NCBI GenBank assembly: GCA_964519305.1 | Contig: CAZFHY010000008.1 | Location: 83,195-147,194, forward strand | Length of the DNA: 64,000 nt | Reading direction: 5' to 3' | DNA from: Candidatus Undinarchaeota archaeon | GTDB lineage: Archaea > SpSt-1190 > JASMDC01 | Shown here: positions 57,457-64,000 of the stretch, in pieces | Position numbering within the stretch: the first letter of the stretch is position 1 | Layout of the letters: each line of letters starts with the position of its first letter | Notes under the pieces: model-generated | Told to the model about the DNA's origin: nothing | Database searches by the model: none | The model's input: the letters and a program-made list of their open reading frames with translations, nothing else | Program-made: the position numbers and the translations under genes

Positions 57457-58372
57457 AGAAACGGGAGGAACCAGCTACAATATATTGATCGTGGACGACG
57501 ACGTGGACGTCCTCAGGGCCCTTGAGCGGAACCTGTCAAGGGCAAAGGATTTCACGAGTGTCGTCGAAACGGCCAACAACGGTGAAGAGGCGCTCACGAA
57601 GTTGGCCGCACAGGATTTCGCTCTCGTGATCTCGGACTTCAAGATGCCTGGCATGAGCGGCGTGGACCTGTTGAAGCTAGTGAAGGAACGCTATCCTGCG
57701 ACGGTGCGTGCCCTCATCACCGGCTATTCCGATGTATCGATCGCCAGAGAGGCCATCAACAGGGCAAAGATCGACCATTACATGGAGAAACCCTGGGACC
57801 GCGATGAGATCCGCAGCGCGGTCAAGGGATTGCTCGAGCTCTACGAGTTCAAGCGACGTGTCGATATCACCCCCGACACCGAGCAGGCCTCAGAAGGCGA
57901 ACAGCGGTTCTCCCTGGAATCCGGCTATATCTACATGGTCGAAGAGCGTAAGGGGATGAAGAGCTTCGAGATCCTCTCGGACCTCGTGACACACGGACGT
58001 CAGGGACTGGGGATCACCATCCAGTCGCCAAAGATCCTGAGACATAAGTACGGGTTCGACAAGACACGGATCGTCTACTTGGGAAAAGAGCAGCACGGGG
58101 ATGAGTGGGTCGATGCCTCTGATATCGTTGAGATCGGCATCATCATCCGCAGCTTCCTCGAGGAAGCGGAGAACGGCGTCGTGGTGATCGACGGTATCGA
58201 GTACCTAATCTCGTGCTTCAGCTTCGATACGATCGTCAAGCTCATCCAGAACCTGTACGAGTTCAACACCTTCAACGGTTCGGTGATCATCTTCCCCGTT
58301 AACCCGAAAGCTCTTGAGAGGAAGGAGCTTGCGATCCTCGAACGCTACCTCGAGCCTATCGAGGGAGAATGA
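57449..58372 (+). CDS. Response regulator, REC plus DUF835 (inactive KaiC-like) domain
   Basis: ILIVDDD, SDFKMPGMSG, ITG, KPW; C-terminal VVVIDGIEYL...LAILER. Confidence 0.9.
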   Translation: MDEETGGTSYNILIVDDDVDVLRALERNLSRAKDFTSVVETANNGEEALTKLAAQDFALVISDFKMPGMSGVDLLKLVKERYPATVRALITGYSDVSIAREAINRAKIDHYMEKPWDRDEIRSAVKGLLELYEFKRRVDITPDTEQASEGEQRFSLESGYIYMVEERKGMKSFEILSDLVTHGRQGLGITIQSPKILRHKYGFDKTRIVYLGKEQHGDEWVDASDIVEIGIIIRSFLEEAENGVVVIDGIEYLISCFSFDTIVKLIQNLYEFNTFNGSVIIFPVNPKALERKELAILERYLEPIEGE

Positions 58373-60978
58373 TAATGAGCTTCCTACTGGACCCACCGCT
58401 CCTTTTCGCTGTCGGCTTCCTCATCCATCTCGTGGGGAAGGCGCTCGGATGGGAGCGACGTGCGAAGATCGCTCTAGGCACGGGCGCAGTATTGCTGTTC
58501 TGGGTGGTGAGTTCGTTACTATATCTGAACGTACTGGGCTGCGTATTCCCGTGCTTCTGCTACAGTGTGACGTGGATGCCGACGACGGTGTGCCATCAGG
58601 GGGCACCGCTCGACGCCGCCACGTTCATGGTGTCGGGCGTGCCATGGGTACCGTTCGTTGGTGACGTACCGCTCTGGGGTGCCATCGCGCTCTTCTCCCT
58701 CTACATAATATGGGTGTTCATCGGGTACGACCTCGCGCTCAAGTTCACCAAGCGCATGGTGAGCGACGGGTCCGGGTATCTCTCTATCCTGGTCCTCTTC
58801 CCCCTGTGGACGCTCATCGGTTACTGGATCTCTGCAGAGATAGGGTCCGCCGTCGGCCCCGGGACCGCTAACCTACTGAACTACCTGCTCCGGACACAGG
58901 TAACCACGGGGCTCGGGTTTGCCAGGACACTACAGTTCGTTCTCAATCCGCTGTGGCTGGTCCTCGGCTATGGGATCGCGCTGTGGAGGACCACACCCCG
59001 GCCCGCGAGCGGTCAGGTCCTTACCAAGGACGACGTCAAGAGCAACGGTCTCGACCTGGGGGACACGCAGTTCGCTGTCGCCAGGGACGAGGATTCAGTG
59101 AAGTGCGTACAGCAGGCGCTCAAGGACCTCGGGACCAAGGCCGGGTGGATCGACGATAACGGTACCGCCGAGGACGCCATGAAACACGTGGTGAAGGAGG
59201 GGGACAAGGTCCTCATCAAGGTGAACATCTGCGGCGGTGTCGCCCAGCGGAAGGGGACATGGACGTCCACGGACGTGGCCGGCGAGGTAGTGCGGCTGGT
59301 GGAGGCCGCTGGCGGAAAGCCCTTCGTTTGCGACGCGGACATGATATGGACCCACTTCTGGCCTGCTGCCGAGTTCAAGGGATGGAAGAAGTGGGCTGAG
59401 GATAATGATGTCGACCTGAGGAACCTTGCTGAAACGGACCGCGTGCGGTTCGACTTCGGTCTGGACAGCCACTCATGGGAGGTGGACGTCTCGAAGGATA
59501 TCGTCGAGGCCGACGTAATCATCACTGTCCCGGTGATGAAGACGCACGTGCTCACGGGCATCACCATCGCCATGAAGAACATGTACGGTACCTATCCCCA
59601 GATCGACAAGGCGATGTTCCACAAGAAGGGCATCGAGGACGTCATCTATTACGTGAACAAAGCGTTCACTCCCAACCTCGCCATCATCGACGGTAGCATC
59701 GGCGGGGAGGGTCAGGGACCGCTCACAGCGGACGACGTCAACTGTCAGACCATCATCGCGTCGAACGACGTTGTCTGCGCTGATGCCATCGCCTGCAGGA
59801 TAATGGGATACGATCCCCTCGAGGACATCGTCCATCTGCGTCTGGCCCATGAGAGGAACCTCGGTGACGGATCGGTGGACTTCGACCTCGGTGACCTGCC
59901 GTACCCGCATCCCAAGGACGGGAACTGGAGGCACCCGGACCGAGAAGTGTTCTCCTTCTATAACAGGTTCATTGAAGGCGTGCTCAATTTCCCCGTGCTC
60001 GGGCCCCTGTTCAAGAGCTTCTTCAACATGGGAGCCGATTTCCTGATGTACGATACCGCAAAGCTGCCCACCATCGGGTACGTCACGCCAGGGATATTGA
60101 CGGCTGTACATGACGGGTTCGACTGGGCGCTCGAAGGTCAGGAGGACACAGGTCCGGACGATAGTAGGAGGTGGAACAATACGTACCTACTCGCGCTGAT
60201 GGGCGTCCTCTCCCTGGTCCTGTTCGTACTGGACGGGTACGTGGGCCTCCTTACTGCGTTCCTAGTTCTCAACTTCGCCGGGTTCGTGGTGCTCGCATGG
60301 GTGATGGGGATGTGGCTTGGGACCGGTCCTTACATGGTATTGTTGGGGGCCTCGGCGGTCATGGGATTCGTGCTCGAGTCCATCACGTCATCGGGAGGGA
60401 TGTGGACCTATGCCAACGGATTGATGCCCCCCCTCTCCGCAGTGCCGACGTGGGCTGTGCTCATGGCGTCGGTCCTCGCGCTCACGAGCATCGTCGCTCC
60501 GTACCTCGAGTGGCTGGACGTGTTCAAGCGGCTGAGGAACGGCATCTGGGTGTTCCCTGGCTGGCTCTGCAGGACGATACCGTTCCTGCTGGCCTCGGCA
60601 GGTTTCACCGTCCTCCTCTTCTGGGAGGGCTACATAAACCAGGCGCTCACGTCCTTCACCTGGAATGCGTTCATGTGGCAGGGGCCCCAGGGGATGTGGG
60701 TGGTCTACCTCTATAGCGCCATGTGGCTCCTTGGCTTCTACTATGCCCTGAGCCGTACGATGGAATGGAACGCTGCCCTGATGGTGTCGGGGATCGTCTT
60801 CGGAGGATGGATCGAGCTCATCGGGTGGAATGCCGATATGTGGTTCTATCTCCACAATCGTTCGCTTCCGCTCTTCCTGTGCATAGCGTGGGCGCTCAAC
60901 GCGTTCGCCGTACAGGGGCTCGCGTACCTGATCGGCTACGACCTGGAGAAGGCCATCGTTAGAGGACGCCAGAGCTAG
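58369..60978 (+). CDS. DUF362 domain protein embedded between multi-TM regions
   Basis: VLIKVN, PVMKTH, IAMKNMYG, IIDG...GP, DAIACRIMG; hydrophobic N- and C-terminal thirds. Confidence 0.85.
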   Translation: MIMSFLLDPPLLFAVGFLIHLVGKALGWERRAKIALGTGAVLLFWVVSSLLYLNVLGCVFPCFCYSVTWMPTTVCHQGAPLDAATFMVSGVPWVPFVGDVPLWGAIALFSLYIIWVFIGYDLALKFTKRMVSDGSGYLSILVLFPLWTLIGYWISAEIGSAVGPGTANLLNYLLRTQVTTGLGFARTLQFVLNPLWLVLGYGIALWRTTPRPASGQVLTKDDVKSNGLDLGDTQFAVARDEDSVKCVQQALKDLGTKAGWIDDNGTAEDAMKHVVKEGDKVLIKVNICGGVAQRKGTWTSTDVAGEVVRLVEAAGGKPFVCDADMIWTHFWPAAEFKGWKKWAEDNDVDLRNLAETDRVRFDFGLDSHSWEVDVSKDIVEADVIITVPVMKTHVLTGITIAMKNMYGTYPQIDKAMFHKKGIEDVIYYVNKAFTPNLAIIDGSIGGEGQGPLTADDVNCQTIIASNDVVCADAIACRIMGYDPLEDIVHLRLAHERNLGDGSVDFDLGDLPYPHPKDGNWRHPDREVFSFYNRFIEGVLNFPVLGPLFKSFFNMGADFLMYDTAKLPTIGYVTPGILTAVHDGFDWALEGQEDTGPDDSRRWNNTYLLALMGVLSLVLFVLDGYVGLLTAFLVLNFAGFVVLAWVMGMWLGTGPYMVLLGASAVMGFVLESITSSGGMWTYANGLMPPLSAVPTWAVLMASVLALTSIVAPYLEWLDVFKRLRNGIWVFPGWLCRTIPFLLASAGFTVLLFWEGYINQALTSFTWNAFMWQGPQGMWVVYLYSAMWLLGFYYALSRTMEWNAALMVSGIVFGGWIELIGWNADMWFYLHNRSLPLFLCIAWALNAFAVQGLAYLIGYDLEKAIVRGRQS

Positions 60979-61101
60979 GACCGGTACGTGGCTGTTCTGT
61001 ACAGAGGTTAGATGGGAAGGGGGACGAGAAGTCCGATCAAAAGACAGGTCCCACGCCTCGGACTAATACCTATTTAAACCATCCACGGGTTCGGATTTCG
61101 T

Positions 61102-64000
61102 ATGAGAGGGCACATCATTTGGGTCTTGCTCCCAATCTTTCTGGTCACCACGGTACTGGGTACTGGGGTAGGCTGTACGACGGTCGCCGATTGCGGTGGC
61201 TCGGACCACCATTGCGAGGGTAACACTCTCGTGCAGAACGTGTGCACACAGGGTTCTTGTATGCAGGACTTCCGCCCGTGTGAGAACTCGTACTATGACA
61301 ACGGTCCTGCCGTATGCTTGGAGGGTGCGTGCGCTCGTGCTCCCGACGCGGCCGAACCTGTTGTCACTAACACAGGCTGCAATACGGTCGCCGACTGCGG
61401 CGGTTCTGACCTCCATTGCGAGGGGAACACGCTGGTGCAGAATGTCTGCACACAAGGTTATTGTTCGCTCGACTATCGTCCTTGTGAGAACTCCTATTAT
61501 GATAACGGCCCTGCCGTATGTCAGTCCGGTGCGTGCGCTCGTGCTCCCGACACGTCCGGTCCTGTGATCACTAACACCGGCTGCACGACGGTCGCGGATT
61601 GCGGCGGTTCGGACCACCACTGCGAGGGTAACACTCTCGTGCAGACTGTGTGCTCACAGGGTTCCTGTACGCTCGACTTCCGTCCATGCGAGAACTCGTA
61701 CTACGATAATGGTCCCGCCGTTTGTCAGGAGGGTGCGTGTGCTCGTGCTCCCGAAACAACCGGCCCTGAGGTCACAAACACCGGTTGCACTTCGGTAGCG
61801 GACTGCGGCGGTTCGAACCACAACTGCGAGGGTAATACTCTGGTGCAGACCGTGTGCTCCCAGAATTCATGTGTACTCGACTATCGTCCTTGCGAGAACT
61901 CGTATTATGATAACGGCCCCGCTGTGTGCATGAACGGCGCGTGCGCTCGTGCTCCCGATTCGACCGGTCCTGTGGTCGATGATACCAGCTGTACTACTGT
62001 CGCCGATTGCGGCGGTTCTGACCATCACTGCGAGGGGAACACGCTTGTACAGACCGTGTGCTCACAGGGTTCCTGTACGCTCGACTTCCGTCCATGCGAG
62101 AACTCATATTATGATAACGGCCCTGCCGTATGTCAGGAGGGCGCGTGTGCTCGTGCTCCCGATACGACCGGTCCTGTGGTCACTAACACCGGTTGCACTA
62201 CCGTCGCCGATTGCGGCGGTTCGAACCACAACTGCGAGGGTAACACGCTGGTGCAGACGGTGTGCTCACAAGGTTCCTGTGTGCTGGACTACCGTCCGTG
62301 CGAGAACTCGTACTATGATAACGGTCCTGCCGTATGTCAGAACGGAGCGTGTGCCCGCGCCCCTGATGCGCCCGTACCCACCACAAGTAGTGGCGGTTGT
62401 ACGACCGTCGCCGACTGCGGAGGCTCGAATCATCATTGCGAGGGTAACACTCTCGTGCAGAACGTCTGCTCACAGGGTTCCTGTACGCTAGACTACCGGC
62501 CGTGCGAGAACTCGTACTACGATAATGGTCCTGCCGTTTGTCAGGAGGGTTCGTGCGCGCGGGCCCCGGACCCGATCGGGCCTGCTACGGGCGTTGGCGG
62601 CTGTACTACGGTAGCCGACTGTGGCGGACCGGGCCATCACTGCGATGGGAACACTCTCGTGCAGACCGTGTGCTCACAAGGTTCTTGTGTGCTCGACAAC
62701 CGTCCTTGCGAGAACTCATATTACGACAACGGCCCTGCCGTTTGCTCGAGCGGAGCATGCGTAAGAGCACCTGACACAACCTCCACCTCTGGCTGTACTA
62801 CGGTAGCCGACTGTGGTGGCTCGAATCACCATTGCGAGGGTAATACTCTCGTGCAGACAGTGTGCACACAGGGGTCTTGTATGCAGGACTTCCGTCCTTG
62901 CGAGAACTCCTACTATGATAATGGTCCTGCTGTTTGTCAGGAGGGTGCGTGTGCTCGTGCTCCCGATTCGACCGGTCCTGTGGTCGATGATACCAGCTGT
63001 ACTACTGTCGCTGATTGCGGCGGTTCTGACCATCATTGCGAGGGGAACACCCTTGTGCAGACCGTGTGCTCACAGGGTTCCTGTACGCTCGACTTCCGTC
63101 CTTGCGAGAACTCGTACTACGACAACGGTCCTGCCGTTTGTCAGGCCGGTGCGTGTGCGCGAGCTCCCGATACGATCGGTCCTGTGATCGCTGACACCGG
63201 CTGCACTACTGTCGCCGACTGCGGCGGTTCGGACCATCACTGTGAGGGTAACACGCTGGTACAGACCGTGTGCTCACAAGGTTCTTGTACGCTTGACTTC
63301 CGTCCTTGCGAGAACTCGTACTACGATAACGGCCCTGCCGTATGTCAGGAAGGTGCGTGCGCTCGTGCGCCAGATACCTCCGGTCCTGTGGTCACCGACA
63401 CCGGCTGCATAACCGTCGCCGACTGCGGTGGCTCGGCCCATCACTGCGAGGGTAACACGCTGGTACAGACCGTGTGCTCACAGGGTTCTTGTGTGCTCGA
63501 CTTCCGCCCGTGCGAGAACTCGTACTACGACAACGGCCCTGCCGTATGTCAGAACGGTGCATGCGCTCGTGCCCCCGACACCGTCGGTCCTGTGGTCGAT
63601 GATACCAGCTGCACTACCGTCGCCGACTGTGGCGGTTCGGACCACCATTGCGAGGGTAACACTCTCGTGCAGACGGTGTGCGCTACTGGCGAGTGCAAGC
63701 TCGACTTCCGTCCGTGCGAGAACTCGTACTATGACAACGGCCCTGCCGTATGTCAGGCCGGTTCGTGCGCGCGAGCACCCGATACAGCAGGTCCTGTGGT
63801 CGATGATACCAGCTGCACCACCGTCGCCGACTGCGGCGGCTCGGCCCATCACTGCGAGGGTAACACACTGGTGCAGACGGTGTGCGCTACTGGCGAATGC
63901 AAGCTCGACTTCCGTCCGTGCGAGAACTCGTACTACGACAACGGTCCTGCGGTGTGCGTGAGCGGCTCATGCGCTCGTGCTCCAGATACCGCCGGTCCTG
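61102..64000 (+). CDS. Secreted Cys-rich tandem-repeat protein (runs off window end; not in ORF track)
   Basis: Promoter ATACCTATTTAAA at 61066, signal peptide MRGHIIWVLLPIFLVTTVLG, then an open frame of 68-aa repeats to the window end. Confidence 0.92.
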   Translation, partial: MRGHIIWVLLPIFLVTTVLGTGVGCTTVADCGGSDHHCEGNTLVQNVCTQGSCMQDFRPCENSYYDNGPAVCLEGACARAPDAAEPVVTNTGCNTVADCGGSDLHCEGNTLVQNVCTQGYCSLDYRPCENSYYDNGPAVCQSGACARAPDTSGPVITNTGCTTVADCGGSDHHCEGNTLVQTVCSQGSCTLDFRPCENSYYDNGPAVCQEGACARAPETTGPEVTNTGCTSVADCGGSNHNCEGNTLVQTVCSQNSCVLDYRPCENSYYDNGPAVCMNGACARAPDSTGPVVDDTSCTTVADCGGSDHHCEGNTLVQTVCSQGSCTLDFRPCENSYYDNGPAVCQEGACARAPDTTGPVVTNTGCTTVADCGGSNHNCEGNTLVQTVCSQGSCVLDYRPCENSYYDNGPAVCQNGACARAPDAPVPTTSSGGCTTVADCGGSNHHCEGNTLVQNVCSQGSCTLDYRPCENSYYDNGPAVCQEGSCARAPDPIGPATGVGGCTTVADCGGPGHHCDGNTLVQTVCSQGSCVLDNRPCENSYYDNGPAVCSSGACVRAPDTTSTSGCTTVADCGGSNHHCEGNTLVQTVCTQGSCMQDFRPCENSYYDNGPAVCQEGACARAPDSTGPVVDDTSCTTVADCGGSDHHCEGNTLVQTVCSQGSCTLDFRPCENSYYDNGPAVCQAGACARAPDTIGPVIADTGCTTVADCGGSDHHCEGNTLVQTVCSQGSCTLDFRPCENSYYDNGPAVCQEGACARAPDTSGPVVTDTGCITVADCGGSAHHCEGNTLVQTVCSQGSCVLDFRPCENSYYDNGPAVCQNGACARAPDTVGPVVDDTSCTTVADCGGSDHHCEGNTLVQTVCATGECKLDFRPCENSYYDNGPAVCQAGSCARAPDTAGPVVDDTSCTTVADCGGSAHHCEGNTLVQTVCATGECKLDFRPCENSYYDNGPAVCVSGSCARAPDTAGP
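61171..64000 (+). repeat. 204-bp coding tandem repeat, 14 copies visible
   Basis: GAGAACTC anchor at 61282, 61486, 61690, 61894, 62098, 62302, 62506, 62710, 62902 (192-bp unit), 63106, 63310, 63514, 63718, 63922. Confidence 0.95.

Noticed and set aside
61171-64000. Diversity-generating retroelement or CRISPR-like array
   Set aside because: Variation is mainly synonymous third-position, not adenine-specific; there is no reverse transcriptase; the repeats are in-frame coding units.

Overview
High-GC archaeal chromosomal segment. Archaeal evidence: BRE/TATA promoters, GGTGA/GGAGG ribosome-binding sites, an archaeal initiator tRNA, RNase HII, RtcB, an archaeosortase, class III-signal pilins and KaiC/DUF835 signalling. 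The many orphan and Cys-rich surface proteins would fit an uncultured DPANN-like lineage, but that placement is inference. Housekeeping and metabolic genes (rnhB, PfkB kinase, rtcB, speE, GT3 glycogen synthase, AlaX, GH2, GH130, RibL, cysS, tRNA-iMet, tRNA-Cys) are interleaved with orphans. The most striking signal lies downstream of tRNA-Cys (about 45.8-49.1 kb): AT-rich single-gene cassettes bounded by complementary GTT/AAC cores and a family of imperfect palindromic repeats. This resembles an integron-type attC cassette array with no integrase in the window, with extended cassette-terminal inverted repeats and one repeat apparently split by a captured gene. Other signals: two arrays of TAAC motifs phased at exactly 11 bp (one beside a divergent wHTH gene pair); a TackOD1-KaiC-histidine kinase-REC/DUF835-DUF362 operon; a mosaic 1890-aa Cys-rich receptor-like protein between cysS and tRNA-Cys; an unannotated secreted protein with at least 14 copies of a 68-aa, 8-Cys repeat; and tandem duplications of an orphan 191-aa gene and of a cold-shock gene with a structured leader. 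All calls are from manual reading; no database searches were run.
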